The notes under the pieces: generated by a model | The model's input: only the letters and a program-made list of their open reading frames with translations | What the model was told of the DNA's origin: nothing | Database searches by the model: none | Made by a program: the position numbers and the translations under genes | NCBI GenBank assembly: GCA_026023565.1 | Contig: JAPETS010000008.1 | Coordinates: 682,001 to 746,000 of the forward strand | Origin: Cirrosporium novae-zelandiae | Lineage: Eukaryota | Reading direction: 5' to 3' | DNA length: 64,000 bases | Shown here: piece after piece, positions 49,583-63,314 of the stretch | Layout: every line of letters begins with the position of its first letter | Position numbering within the stretch: position 1 is the stretch's first letter

Positions 49583-51555
49583 ATGACTACCCCCACCTTA
49601 CCCAACGATCGACCGCTTTCAACCGCTAGCTCAATTGCCGCACCCTTGCAACCAGTCTCCGAATCCCATCCACCACCACCACAGAGAGCGGATGACGAAG
49701 GTCATGCCCGAGCTGGTAGTCTTTCACGTCCGCCATCTGCGCTTTCGTCGCAGCGAGGATATTGGTCTCAAGGGCGACGGAGCTTCCACCCTCCTAGTAG
49801 TCGCAGTGGCCCAATTTGGCCTCCAATTGTGCCCAGTGCAAGACCGTCGAGTTCATCCAGCAAACTCAGCAGAACACATGTTCCTTCCCTCACCGCTCAG
49901 GGCTTCTTTAGGCCTATGAGCTCGCAACGGTTACAAGCGCAGCGCAGTACGAAACCCAATACCATGAGCCAGTCTGTGGTAGACCAAGATGGAGAAAATG
50001 AGGTTGTGCATCGCGCAAATAGAGAAAGTCTGCAATCACTGTCTACATCACGTCCGACTGGTCCCGCTACTGTTCAGGAATCAGAAAGGTCTCCGCCTTC
50101 AAGAGGTACAGACTATACAGAACAACAAAATGCCACCGATCGAACTACATCAAATGCTAGTCCCACGAATAACGGCACGGTTCGAAGTCTAGGAGAAAGT
50201 GTCAGACTTCTACAAGATCGCACGAATTCTAAAAAGCCAGCTCATTTAGACCTTTCTAAAGTCCAGAAACCAACCACCAGTCATCCTTCGCCGCTACCAA
50301 AATCTCCACGATCACTTTCAACCCTTCTTATCCCAGGTCGAGCCAGCGCAAATGGTTTAGGCAGCAGAGATCGAGCAGAGCACGAGAGGTTATCCTCTGA
50401 AGCATCTTCGCCGAAATCTGCTGTTACTAAACCGTATCAGCAGCAACCAAATGCCAGTCTTGGGAAAAACTGGGAATACTTTTCTGGTAATACCGTGTTT
50501 TGTCTGGGTGGAAGACTACAAAACTCTCGGGATAGACCAATAAACATAGCAACGGGGATACTTGTGGTACTTCCGTCTGTTTTATTCTTTGCTTATTCGT
50601 GAGTTCCAACGTTAGTTCCGAAGGACCGGAACTCTGAGGCTAATATCTTCTAGGGCGCCATGGTTGTGGATGCATGTTTCACCAGCGATACCCATTTTGT
50701 TTGCTTATCTTTTCTTAATATGTATATCTTCTTTCATTCATGCTTCTGTGACGGATTCCGGGGTATGTATGCCTTACCAGAATGTATTTTGGGTTTCGCT
50801 TATACGTCACACAGATCCTTCCCAGAAATCTTCATCCGATGCCAACTCCGGATCCGACTGAGGACCCTCTAACGTTGGGACCACCAATGACAGAATGGAC
50901 AATGGTCAAACTGGCGACCTCGGAAACGGCTGCCATGGATGTGCCTACGAAATATTGCAAGACTTGCAACATATGGCGACCACCTCGGTGTTATCATTGT
51001 CGGGTATGCGATAACTGCGTTGAGACCCAGGACCATCATTGTGTCTGGCTCAATAATTGTGTCGGGCGCCGAAATTATCGATACTTCTTTACCTTTGTCA
51101 GCTCCGCCACAATACTTGGCTTGTTTTTACTAGGAGCAAGCCTCGGACACATTCTGGCGTACGCATCGAAGCACAATATTTCCTTTGGCGATTCCATCCG
51201 TCACTTACAGGTCCCATTTGCTATGTTCATATATGGCATTCTTTCCTCCCCTTACCCTGCATCCTTATGGGCATACCATCTCTTCCTCACTGGCCGAGGC
51301 GAGACGACACGAGAGTATCTCAATTCCCACAAGTTTGCGAAGCAAGACCGACATCGCCCATTCACCCAAGGAACCGTCGTCAGGAATTGGCTCGCAGTTC
51401 TAGCTAGACCACGACCGCCAACCTACCTTCACTTCAAGAAGCGATACGAGGAGGGTGATCAGCGGTTCGGACCTAAGAGAGGGACGCGCACAGCTCCACC
51501 TGCGCCGGAACAGCAGGGCGGAGGGATGGAGATGCATGATGTCGAGAATCCATGA
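49583..51555 (+). CDS. ERF2: DHHC palmitoyltransferase Erf2
   Basis: Long S/P/R-rich N-terminus, GKNWEYFSGNTVFCLGGR, KYCKTCNIWRPPRCYHCRVCDNCVETQDHHCVWLNNCVGRRNYRYF and the TTRE motif. Confidence 0.93.
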
Positions 51556-52022
51556 ATTAAGGTACACCTTTTTGCTTTTGTGATTTTTTCTAGTTAGAAA
51601 AAGGAGTCTTTGGAGTGCAGCAAGCAAAGCTAGCTACTTTGCAAAGTAATGATGGTCAACAGCAACAACAGTAACAACAACAAACACACCGGTGCTCTTC
51701 CAAAGGATGGGCTTTCCCCCCCTTCCCCTCTCTTTTGGAACCTACACCTCCCAACTTCCCAAACCACAGTTTTTTACATACCTATAATTTTTTGTAATAT
51801 AAATGGTGTTAACTTTCTTTTTCTTTTTTCTTTTTTCTTTTCGGAGGAACTTGCACTTTTTTGATGATATACCAAACCTTAGTTTACTTTTACTTTATTC
51901 CCTATCCACTAAACCTTTTCTCTATTTTATCTCTCTAGCTCTGGCTCTCGCTCTCTCTCGATGCCACACACAAATAAATAAACACCCTCTCTCTTTTTTT
52001 GTCTATAAGTTTATAACTACAC

Positions 52023-52365
52023 GTATGTATGTATGTATGTACGTATGTATGTATGTATATAAGAATCTGAAATCTGGTATCTGAATGGAATGAAAGAAGC
52101 AGAGGAAAAATGGGGGACGGGTAGTGTTTAAGTATACATACATCGAACAAAACATACATCTAACAAAACATACATCTAACAAAACATACATCTAACAAAA
52201 AACCCCTTCCACTTCCATTTTCACCACCCCAAACCAAAACCAGGAGCTGGAGCAGTGCGCCCCCTTCCCCCCACGCCCATAGCAACCTCAAGCCACCCAA
52301 GCCACCCAAGCCACCACAACCACCACAACCAAACAAACAACCAAACAAACAACCAAACAAACAAA
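52023..52365. repeat. Simple/tandem repeat patch
   Basis: (GTAT)n at ~52023-52058; a 16-bp unit AACATACATCTAACAA ~4x at ~52135-52200; (AAGCCACCC)n and (ACCAAACAAACA)n at ~52290-52365. Confidence 0.9.
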
Positions 52366-52369
52366 TCCT

Positions 52370-53530
52370 AATACCGCATCACAGCTGGTGGAGAAATTGG
52401 CAATTAAAAATTTGACCTTGCTGAAGACGACAATATTTAACATTCAATAAGCACCAAATGTTACGATGCTGGTATAGTAGCATTAAATGCAAAAAACGAA
52501 CTAACAAAAGCAGACATCATGTCTCACAGAACCGATTTTCGAGCTGAATATCTCGACAATTATCTGATAGTAAACGGAAAACCAGTGGGACCTCTTCACA
52601 GACTACCGGTGTGCCTTAAGGTATTATAAACCTCCTAGATTATCTTTATGAATTTGGTTCTTATTGTATGGTATAGGATAGCTTTTCCTTGGATGGGGTA
52701 GAGGCCACTCTTGGCTATTATCTCCTTCTTAGATTACCCAACGGAAACGCAAAACTCATCTCTGGTGAGTTTATTAATTGATTTGGGTGCTGTGCCCCAT
52801 ATCAAGACCAACCTACCACAAACCTTGATGGTGAGTCAAAATATAGAGAAAGCCTGATCAAGGATTTATTTGGCTATTAACAACCTCTAAACCGGGGATT
52901 CAGAAAGCAACTTTTTTGGTCGCACTCTCAATCTCTATAACATTAAGGTTTTATCCGCATTCCATCACTTCGCTGCCATATGTACAGCTTTAAGCTCACA
53001 GCAGATCGCATTCCTTTTGGCGGACATATTTCTCCAACATGAAAAAGTTTTCCGAGAATTATTCCTAGTGCTGGCCCGTTAGCAAACTCAATAGAGGATA
53101 TTGGCCTCTTCCTGAAGATCATCTTGAATGGAAAGCCCTGGGACTACGACGGTACTGCTCTTGTAGTTCCATAGAGAAATTTAGATAAGAAAGCGGAATA
53201 TTACATCGTCTCTCAACGATTTGTATCGTGGCGGAATATCCAAGGTGTCCATTGCATCCACCCTAATTCGCTGTGCCTCGTCTAACGTAGTTGAAGCTTT
53301 ACGGGCCGCTAACCATACACTTGTCCAGCTTTCATACCATACTATCCAGACACGAGCATACTTTCTGCTTATTGCTTGGCCTTTTACTTCTTTTGTATAG
53401 GTTCACATGAGTTGTCAATCCAATATATCCTGGATAGCGATGAGCCGATGATTAAATTTGTCAAAGCTAAATGTAGGAGAGCATTTACAATCGAAGCCTT
53501 ACCTGACAAGTAGGCCGCGCAAATGCTCTG
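52370..53530 (+). pseudogene. Amidase-signature (acetamidase AmdS-like) pseudogene
   Basis: Fragments TASQLVEKLA, TSCLTE, NGKPVGPLHRLPVCLK|D, GAVPHIKTNLPQTLM, DSESNFFGRTLN, SAGPLANSIED and KPWDYDGTALVVP*R. It has a premature stop and frameshifts, and the GGSSGG/GTDIGGS catalytic block is missing. Confidence 0.85.
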
Positions 53531-54513
53531 TCGGATATCTATATCAGAACCGAAAAAAATTACCCAGCAAGGTTCATGGAACATGAATTCTCAAGGCAGT
53601 TTCGAGCCAGCAAGCTCAGGCAGTTCCTGGTGGACCCCAAAATTTTAATTAGCAATAATCTTAGCATTGAACCTCCGGATTGGACTAATTCCAGAACGCC
53701 AACTTTGATGGGCTCGCAGCTCTTAGGCCCTTATAAATGACGATTTTGATATCCAGCCTATGGATTATATTGGATCTAGGAGCTCAGGTCTTAGTGAGCT
53801 ACAAATCTCCGAACCGAATCCGCCGCAACCCAGATGCCGAATCTACGGATTAGTTGACTTCAGGGTACCCCAGTTTCCATAAATTATGAAGCCATATGTG
53901 GAGGTAGACTAACCTTTTGGGGGGGGTGGATATTGTTGGGATATTTCTTTTAAGCACATATTTATGTTCAACAGTCCCTAACTTGTACGACGGCATGATG
54001 TAAGTATGAGCTTGGATCCTCTTATTGCTCCCCTCGCCGGTTCGCAAACCGCTCACATGGGTGGCCATGCATATCTCGACTGGCAGTAAATAGAATCTGC
54101 TGGGAGACAGGCTTGGGACCGCAATCAAGCCTGTTGCCATCTACCCCGCGTTTTGATCACCCTCAGACCTGCAAAATTGTTTTCCTCCACCCCTCCACCA
54201 CATCAAATACGGTTGGTTCATCGTCTGAGGCAAACTACGTTGGAAACGTCATCCAGACAACACCTTCGCTGGTAAGAAGACTGTATAATCATGGTCAATT
54301 CAGAATCCATGCTCACTACTATTCCAGGCATTGTTGATACTGAGCCTTGCATTTCCTGTTGAACGAGAGCAATTCTTCATCCATTTATTACTAGTAGGGT
54401 GAAAACTGACCCAGTATGAATCTCATTTGGGTCTCGTGTACCATGGTGTGCTAATTTACAATATACTATAGGCTTCAAGTTCTTTTCTTTAATCACTATC
54501 TGGACAGTCCATC

Positions 54514-54897
54514 ATGTCCTACAACACCTACCTTATGCGTTCGGCTGGGATGCCTCGAGATCATCTTTCCATCTTTGTAGAAACCCATGAAGATGGGTTT
54601 GAGACTGGGTACATATACCAGGTCACGGGGAACATTCAGACAGGTATGACACATGGCCACAGGAAATCTGATCAAAATCCGGAACGATCAGAGACGTTTC
54701 TGAGCAAAGAATTGATCGGAAAAGTTCCTATCGAAAAATATCTGCACGTCAAAGAGATCTGCGACAGTATTGCACCACCAAAGAAGCAATTTGAACGAAA
54801 TACGCGCCTTTACCCTTCGGAGCCTCTCAGACGTTGTCAGGAGTGGACGAAAGAGGCTATTCAAAAGTTGAAAACTGCAGAAGTTATACAGCAGTAG
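54514..54897 (+). CDS. Small fungal protein, DUF6540-like
   Basis: Intronless 127-aa ORF with RDHLSIFVET, YQVTGNIQTGM, PPKKQF and RRCQEWT motifs. The family name is from recall. Confidence 0.7.
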   Translation: MSYNTYLMRSAGMPRDHLSIFVETHEDGFETGYIYQVTGNIQTGMTHGHRKSDQNPERSETFLSKELIGKVPIEKYLHVKEICDSIAPPKKQFERNTRLYPSEPLRRCQEWTKEAIQKLKTAEVIQQ

Positions 54898-55254
54898 TAG
54901 TGCTTGTAATATCCTACACAATAAGGCAGCTGATCGAGGATGACTGAGGGGGAGCTATGTCGGTATTTGTTGTATTCGGTAACCGTTCCTACCTTTTTGG
55001 AGAAAAGAAGCCTTAGGGTAGCGTTAGATTTCGCTTGCATGAAGGTAAACCATTTCATGTCCATAGATCTGGTTTATATATCTTGCCCATAGCTTCGTTC
55101 ATCGCATTTTTAGTGTCGAAAGGACGACTGGTGGAGAGAGAAATGACTCCATTACCAGGAAAAAAATAACAGATTAAGAAAAGACCGCTTATGAAGGCTC
55201 CCGAAATATTTAGGGGAAGAAAAATTGCATAGTTGATCCCAGATGATTTTTAAT

Positions 55255-55480
55255 TTATTTGAGATGAGTTTTTTCGTTTTCTGCTTCATGAATGCCATTC
55301 TGCAGCAAGGGTATTTTTCCTGCAATATTTTCCATCACGATATATTTTTTATCGGATTGAAGGTCCGAGTATATCGCATAAACCTGTGGTACTAGGGTGC
55401 TAGGAGGGACTTGATATCCGCAAAGTAAGGTAGTCGGATGGCGTCCATTATCAGGGTTGACAATGTTGGCTATCGACACG
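55255..55480 (-). pseudogene. Remnant of APH/phosphotransferase-family kinase
   Basis: VPQVYAIY...KKYIVMENIAG resembles the N-lobe of fungal APH-family kinases. No HGDL or DWE motif follows. Confidence 0.45.
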
Positions 55481-56313
55481 CAACCCGATGAAAAAAATTA
55501 TAAGGCTTGAGTCTGAATGGAGGTCATCATGGAAATGTTGGCTGACAGACGCATAAATCCACCGAGAGGTCTGATAGAAGCGATTTTGACTTAAAATTGA
55601 ATCATGATAGAGCGGCAATAGAGATTGGATCTCAGGTACCTAGATTAGGCAGAAATGGCCTAGCACTTGGAGCTAATTGATTATGATGTTTTGAGACAAC
55701 CGTGTTGGAGAAGTGATGGTAGATCATCAGAAGAGTATTCCTGATAGCCACGTCGAGATACCGTAAGAAGGTGTGCAGGTGGAGAACCCCTGTCTAACGA
55801 TGTACAACCACCCTTTGCCAAGTACACTTTTGCAAATCATTCAAGATGGATGAGTAGATCCTGCTCAGCTCTTCTAATTAATTTATAATTAAGATATTTC
55901 AACCTTTCCAGAGTTCTTTTTGTGATATATAAATATACTCCATCTCTCCATCTTTAGACCTTCAAATATGTCACATGTGATCTGCTATTTGACTTTATGA
56001 TATTCCTTGATACACACAGACCACAAGATAATTCAAAAAAGAAAATCACCATGATATTGCTAAAGATTTGACTCTTGATTTTACCTAATTAGGTAAAAGG
56101 GATAGTTAAGCTGTTTGCTGCTCCACAAATTTTCTACCTAGGCACGTCCACCTGGATCGAAGTGGTTTCTTCTCCACATCCTTTACGATCCCACCCATCT
56201 GATAAAGAGCTATGTTTTATTCTGCTCTTGTGGTGATCAAAGAAGCAGCATATCATATTCCTTTTTTAAATTCATAGCACCAGGGCCCAACCGTTATATG
56301 TATTACATAGACG

Positions 56314-57897
56314 ATGACCCATCCTCCTGGCCATGATAATGCAGTTGTCAGTCTTTCCGCATCCTTGCCCTTTGCTGGTCAAGACAACCTGGACTAATAC
56401 CCTTTTTCATCTTGCAGGAAGCGGCCGAGACCGATTCCGCAATCGGAGATGATACTTCTTCGTATGGAGCTCTATGTCTTCTTGACATTCAACTTGATCA
56501 AAGGGAATACTGATGTTGTGCAATTTTTTCCAGTGTGACCAGAACACTAGACAGCGAGGCCACCAGATATGAGTTTGAAAACGGCCGGAGATATCATTCA
56601 TATAAGGCTGGAAGTGAGTTCGCTTATACATGCACCATGCGCCTAGGTTTGGAAAATATACTCTTACTGACTCATGGATGGTTGTAAAAAGGATATGATC
56701 TGCCCAATGACGGTAATTATCACCATCAACAGAATATTTTGAGTATTATTGACAAGCTCTATAGAAGTAAGCGATACGCTTTAGTTTGCAGAAGCTTTTA
56801 TTTTTATCCTTGACATCATCTCATCTATGGCTAAGCTGATGCATGGCAATGTCCCACATGAGTAGAGTGAACAAGACCGACTACGTATGGATGATACTTT
56901 CCTATGGTAGCCGTTTCCAAACTTACCCATTTTTATGTAGGTATCCAACATCATATATGGTTAGAAAAGCTGGACGGCAAACTACAAGCTGCCCCCATTT
57001 CAGAAGATGTTCAAGACGTCCTTGATATTGGAACCGGAACAGGAAATTGGGCTATAGATTTTGCAGATGAATACCCGTCGGCTCGTGTTATTGGGGTGGA
57101 CCTGAGGTATTGCTTATTCTTACTGGACCATAATTTTGATTGGCCACGTTATGCTAACTGAACTGCATCTCCAGCCCTATCCAACCCACATGGTTAGTTT
57201 TATCCCCCTTTGCCTATTCGTAGAATTAACAAGCTAAGTGCAAGGGTTCCCCCCAACTGCTTTTTCGAGGTTGATGACTGCGAAGCCGACTGGACCTATA
57301 ATCATAAATTCGATTTCATTCATGGTCGTATGTTGACAATTGGATGGAGAAACTGGGATAAATTATGCGAACAAGCTTTTGACTATCTCAATCCTGGAGG
57401 TTGGTTCGAACTCCAAGAGTTCGCTTTCCCCTTGACCTGTGAATGTCCCCCCGACACACACCCAGAACCATTACCTTGCGAGTATTTTCGACTGGTCAAA
57501 GAAGCAGCTGAGAAGCGGGGTGTTAAATTGCAAGACCCCGATATCATGGCTGAACGCCTAAAAGCTTTCGGCTTCACCAATGTCCATACAGACCGCCACA
57601 AATGGATGCTCTCAGACCCAAAGGTCAAAAGAAATGCATTAACGGGCTTAGAGGGGATTGCGATGTCCTTGTACACTAAACAACTAGGATGGAGCCGAGA
57701 AGAAGTTCTTGTGTATATTGCTGGTGTGAGGAAAGCGATTAAAGCAGATAAACCAGACCATCTTTCTTTTCCTACGTAAGTATGCTTTTTTTTTATCTTC
57801 TCCGGGTTCGTGCTTTGGCCATTTAACTGACTGAGCCTATAATTGCAGGTGGGTATTATATGGGCAAAAGCCTAATCCTGGAATAGAGAATGAATAA
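56314..57897 (+). CDS. SAM-dependent methyltransferase (LaeA-like family), many short exons
   Basis: Spliced sequence includes ENGRRYHSYKAGRYDLPNDESEQDRLRIQHH, VLDIGTGTGNWA, GVDLSPIQPTWVPPN, FDFIHGR, LNPGGWFELQE and WVLYGQKP. Confidence 0.9.
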
Positions 57898-58916
57898 ATA
57901 CAATTCCTTAGGCTTGGGAAGGGTTGATTTTGATCCGTTGACATCATCGACGTGACATTTCATTCAAGACAGATATTTAATACTAGAAGTGCATATAGTG
58001 ATATTCCTTACTTTTATATATAGCGTTTAGCACCTGGGCTGCACGAGGATAATGCCGTGACTCGAGGAAGTGGACGGACTGTTTATTATTTTCATGGTTT
58101 CGCTAAAGGATTATAATATCTCAGTGTCAGAAATAAATCAAATTGAGGAGTGACCAGTTTCAACCAAAATTTTGTACAGGCCTCAAAGGTCAGTTATCCA
58201 AGGTAGGTTGCTAGTCGTTATATATAACGATTCAACGCATGCCAGGCAATAACTCGCATTTCTCATTATACATATCCCACCTGGTATAGCATAAATATCA
58301 TAGCTAGATGCCGTTTGATGCTGGTGCAAGACCTATTTTATTCAGTCTACGTTATTATCTCATCCGACTTCATCCTCAAAGCATCCGCCTTTTGTCTAAG
58401 CTGTACTATTTTTTCAACTCCAACTCTATGCGTACACTTTTTTCATAGGGAATTATCTGGCGGGTATCTACTTTCAATAATGACTTCTAGTCTCGCTATA
58501 CATGCCCCCCCCACAAGTGGTTGGATTCATTTTATAATAGATAATCTCATTCTACGTGCATACCTAAGAACCACTTTCGAGATATAGCTCATTTACTGAC
58601 ACAAAGGGAAGATAGCTAGAAGTTCATGGTGATCTCTGAGAAGCCCATATGAGGTTCCAACTCATGTATAAAGTGGTCCCTTCCTCCACTGGGACCAAAT
58701 CGCTCCTTCTGAAGATAAATGTCTCTTGAATCTCGGGTTCAGTGAGGAGGTTGACCTCTGCAACTTTCATTTATCAAACACATATCAGACACACAAAGAT
58801 ATTTACATCAGCAAAGAAAGCCAATCAGTGATTTCTTCGCAAGCCCCAAGGCTAATTTATCTCCATTACTTCTATAAACTTCTTTCTATCCGTTAAGGGG
58901 TGTCTCTATCTTCATA

Positions 58917-59882
58917 ATGGGTGCTGCCAAAACATTTCGCCAGCTCACGAGCATCAGATATTTGAGCCAAGAGGAGACCCAACTACTGCATGTGCAAATA
59001 CATGACAAGTATAGACCCACATGGAACAACAAGGTCAGTGTCCCCGATGCTCATCACAACATGCGCAGGGGAATGCGCGATCTCCCGCCTGAGCTCTTCC
59101 ATATCATCTTCGAGCTTCTCCCTGTTTCAGCCATACAATCATTCCGTCTTGTTGCAAAAGCATTGGGCCAAATTGGAGCCCAATATTTGTTCACTGAAAT
59201 CAAATCGCAATTCACATCTCGAAGCTTTGAGCGCTTGCTGGAAATAGCTCGTGATCCAATCTACAGTAATTACGTAAAGACTATATGGTTTAGCATTGAA
59301 ACCCTTCCAGAGCCAGGAGAGTTTGTATTGTTCAGGGCCTATCAGAGTTGGGTTTCAATGTACGTTAAAGCCCTCCAGGAGATGAGATTCTTGCCACGCC
59401 AGTTTTCGGTGGAAGAGGATGATCCAATCATAGGATCTCGCGAGATTATGATGGCTCTCGAAGCTGTTGGGGTGTTTCCTGTCGAGGGGCTAAAAAGAAG
59501 TAGGACGTCCGCAGCTGGGTCAAGATTTAAAAACGTCTTTAAGCGATTCCCAAAGCTACAAACCGTGGTCATCCCCCTTGGTCGGAAAGATATTGGTACA
59601 GCAGCGGAGTGTTCCTATATTTGTACCAGCGGCCCTTCTCGGCGAGCAGAAGTTATCGAACGAGCCTTTAGATCCTATGGATTATGGTCCTGTGACGAAT
59701 GCAACTATAGTCCTGATGTTTCGCGGGATTTATACACATTCTTGGTGGTTCATCTCGCCAGATCTACATACTCGAGAGTGTTAGTTGTTACTCCACATAG
59801 AGAAGAGGGCCTGTCTGAGAAAAATCCTTTGCTTTTTGAGTCTTGTGACTATCATCCGATCTGGTATTGGCTTCGCTCTTGA
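58917..59882 (+). CDS. F-box domain protein
   Basis: The 321-aa ORF contains an F-box-like segment, MRDLPPELFHIIFELLPVSAIQSFRLVAKAL, followed by LF...SFERLLEIA..P..YVKTI. Confidence 0.7.
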   Translation: MGAAKTFRQLTSIRYLSQEETQLLHVQIHDKYRPTWNNKVSVPDAHHNMRRGMRDLPPELFHIIFELLPVSAIQSFRLVAKALGQIGAQYLFTEIKSQFTSRSFERLLEIARDPIYSNYVKTIWFSIETLPEPGEFVLFRAYQSWVSMYVKALQEMRFLPRQFSVEEDDPIIGSREIMMALEAVGVFPVEGLKRSRTSAAGSRFKNVFKRFPKLQTVVIPLGRKDIGTAAECSYICTSGPSRRAEVIERAFRSYGLWSCDECNYSPDVSRDLYTFLVVHLARSTYSRVLVVTPHREEGLSEKNPLLFESCDYHPIWYWLRS

Positions 59883-60444
59883 TGTCTTATTTTAGAGCAA
59901 GGGAGTTGTTTGCTCACCCAGAACCGTATATGCGAGGAGGTTCTGGATTTTGTTTTGGATGTACGGCTACCTTGGACGCGATTACATACGTATTGTACCT
60001 GGGTACTGTACATAGATGAGTTATTGAATGTTTTTGTTCAGTTGCTCAACTTGCTTGTGTCTCTTCTCTTGGCTTGCCTTATCGCCTGTTGGGAGTGTTT
60101 GGACTCTAAAATCCCAAATGACGATAAAAATATGTAAAGAAAGAAGTATCCTAACGAATTCCTGTTTCGTCGATATTACATCAACTAGGATTTGATGATG
60201 AGTTGTGGGAATGAAATTAATGAGTGGGTGGATGAAGGGCGAACTTTACCAGGGAAGTCAATAGGTCGCAACCTTAAACAAGGGACATGACCTGCTTTCT
60301 CGTTCAAACTTACGTTGATCGCTGATACTACATCACAATTACTGTTCTGTATATAAAAATATGAAGACCAGAACAATTTTATGCTTTGGCACATATCTTC
60401 CATTGCAACTGAAATCTTCAGCGATTCCCTTGATTATATGAACA

Positions 60445-62504
60445 ATGACTGCTACCGCCACGGACCTGATTAAGGAGACCCCGGTAACAACTTTGACTAA
60501 GGATAGCTCCAGCACCCTTCTTGCGCCTGGTGCGCCCAACGTACCAGTTCGCCTTCGATCAAGCTGCGAAACATGTCGAGCCTCGAAGACTCGATGTCTT
60601 CCCGATAAGGGTGGTGGAGGTCACTGTGAGCGGTGTACAAGATTGAAAAGGGATTGTATCTTCAAGGAAACCCAAGCTCGAATAACAAAACCGAGGCCGA
60701 AACAGAGAAAGGCGCGTGTCGCTGAGATGGAACAGAAGCTAGATTCTATCGTCAACATGCTAGCAGCAGGAAATCATGGAAATCAGATATCATCCACTCG
60801 GAACCCGTTTCCTTCTGCCTTGAAAGACGATTCTCAGAGAACATCGACTCTAACCCCAAGTCCTTCTTACACGCCACCAACGTCGTCCTGCAACATATCT
60901 AGAGCTGAGGAATTTCATACTTCTGGCCCCTCACCGGAAATCAGTGACACGATATTACGTCCCCCGCTTCCTTCGCTATTTGAAGAAGATGTTATACAGA
61001 AAGGCATCATCAATTTTGAAAGTGCGAATCTTCTCCTCCAGATGTTTCACCTGGAGAGCACAAACTTCCCATTTATTTTACTTCCTCCAAATACTTCTTT
61101 GCAATCGCTTCGAATCGAAAAACCGTTCCTATTACTCTCGATACTGGCAATGGCCTCACAAGACAAACCAAACCTGCATGCTTTACTCGAATCGGAGCTA
61201 CGACGAGTTCTTGGTACAAAAGTCATAGTGAAAGGAGAAAAGAGCTTGGATCTACTACAAGGTCTGATGGTTTACCTTGCTTGGTACCATTACCACTTTA
61301 CATTACAACATCAACAACTTTACCAGCTAATGCAGCTAGCTGTGGCCATGTGCGTGGATCTAGAGATTGGCAAACCTCGTAATGCTTCGATCGCGGTACA
61401 AGAAACTCCTTATGAAATCGAGACGAAAAGGACCTTTATAGGGTGTTACTACATCTCGTCATGTCTGTCAATAGCACTGAGGAGGGCAAACACCATGCAA
61501 TATACTAAGTACCTGGAAGATTGCTGTCGTTCCTTTTCCCGTATTGAGTCCACCGTATTTCCGTTTCAGGCTTGACATGTACTAATTATTACGTAGAAGC
61601 ACCACAGGTGCCTTCGGATAAACTATTAATCCACTACATCCGTCTACAGAACCTGGCGAGTGAGATTGCACGAACATTTGGCTACGATGGATCTGAAGTA
61701 CCCCTCATCATCGGCCGGTCAAGGATTAAGCTTCTTGTCAACAATTTCAGATCACAATTGCGACAATTACAAGATTCCTTTCCACCAGAAGCCTCTGTTT
61801 CTGTTCCATTGATGACGGCTCACCACAACGTCTGCATTTACGTCCATGAAATCGGTCTCCACGTCGAGGAGGATGCTCCGCATATATTTGCTCCCAGGCA
61901 CGATCTTGGGGATCCAGACTCATGGGATTCATCGACGGAGCGGCTAGAAGTGCTCATTGATTGTCTCGAGTCCGTTAAACGCTGTCTAGACTACTTTCTG
62001 AGTCTTAATCTAGCCGAGGTCCGCCGGCTAACAATGATGGATGCATTAAGGCTTACTTATTCCATTATAGCTTTAGCAAAAATCTCTGGCGGCACTGTTA
62101 CACAACCATTTGATAGCGCCCAGCTTCAGAAGAGTGCAAATTTTACGTACTATCTAGATGCTCTCATCCTTCGCATGACCAATCTTGTCGACCCAGCTGT
62201 AAAAATGGGCGATCTACCAAAAGATATCTTCTGGCGTTTGAAATCAATATTCGAGCTAACAAAGCTTAAATATGAGCAGCAGTTGCTTGGTGGGGGTAGC
62301 AGCTCTTCGTTATTGACCGCTGATGGGCAGCCTCATCCAAAGGACTTTTCTCCCTTTCAGCTTGTCCGTAAAGGGGAGGATGGTCTTTCTTCGGACGACG
62401 AGAACTTGCCAGACTTTCTGTCGTGCTCAACTGATGCCTTCTGGTCAGAATTCCTAGCTGGCTGGCCGACGTCATTGGATGGATTTGTTTCTCAAAGTGG
62501 ATAA
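60445..62504 (+). CDS. Zn2Cys6 transcription factor
   Basis: Zn cluster CETCRASKTRCLPDKGGGGHCERCTRLKRDC, then KSLDLLQGLMVYLAW and KRTFIGCYYIS. One intron lies near 61540-61596. Confidence 0.92.
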
Positions 62505-63314
62505 ATGTCTCGACATTAATAATACAATTCATGGTCCTAGGAAATTATTCGACTCTAATGGAAAAATGAAATGTTGGGAAGATCATCAACTGCCGGCTAA
62601 TTGGCTTGTGTGGTTGAATATGTGGTTTAATGCCATAAATTCACGTTCGGGGCTTTAATGCATTACATTCGATATCAACTTGAAAATTGGAATTGCACCG
62701 CGGAGGCTACTTGGTGGTTGTATTTCTATTAACTTTGCTAATGTCTCCGGGTAGCAATTCCCAAGCGGTTGAAGAACAGCTTTTGCAGTACAAGGTACTC
62801 GGCTCGTGAGATCGGAGCAATTAGACTTGGTATGGTTCTAAAGCAGACAAGACGATTGCTTCATGAACGTGCAGCCTTGGATCCTTTATGAACTAAACCA
62901 TTATCCAGATTTCTTGTGATGTTCTTCAAGCTGATGTCCACTGCCATTATCAGCGATGCTCCCCAATGGATTCTGTCGTGCTAATATTGCGCAATTATAA
63001 CAATCTAAACCTGGCATTGGAATCGGTTTGCATGAAAGAATATTCGTGCGGCTTGAGATGTGAAGCAAAAGAGGATATGATGTACAGGTAAAAGGTGCTT
63101 CTAGACGCGACATGTCCAAGCGAGGAGCACGCGTTCTCCCTACATCTATGTCATACTTCGGTACAACATCTCCTTGCTTAAAGACCTGATTCTTACTAGT
63201 CACCAATAAAGCAAGGTATTCGTACTTGTTCGTATTGTGTTAGATCTGTCCATATATTCAAGTTCATCATTCCCCGTTTCTGCTATTCTAATTTTCCACG
63301 ACATTTCTATTAGT

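Noticed and set aside
52135..52200. Direct repeats as a possible CRISPR-like array
   Set aside because: The units are contiguous with no spacers, and the genome is eukaryotic.
62901..63206. 101-aa minus-strand ORF
   Set aside because: It lacks a clear ATG start and any motif, and sits in an intergenic gap.
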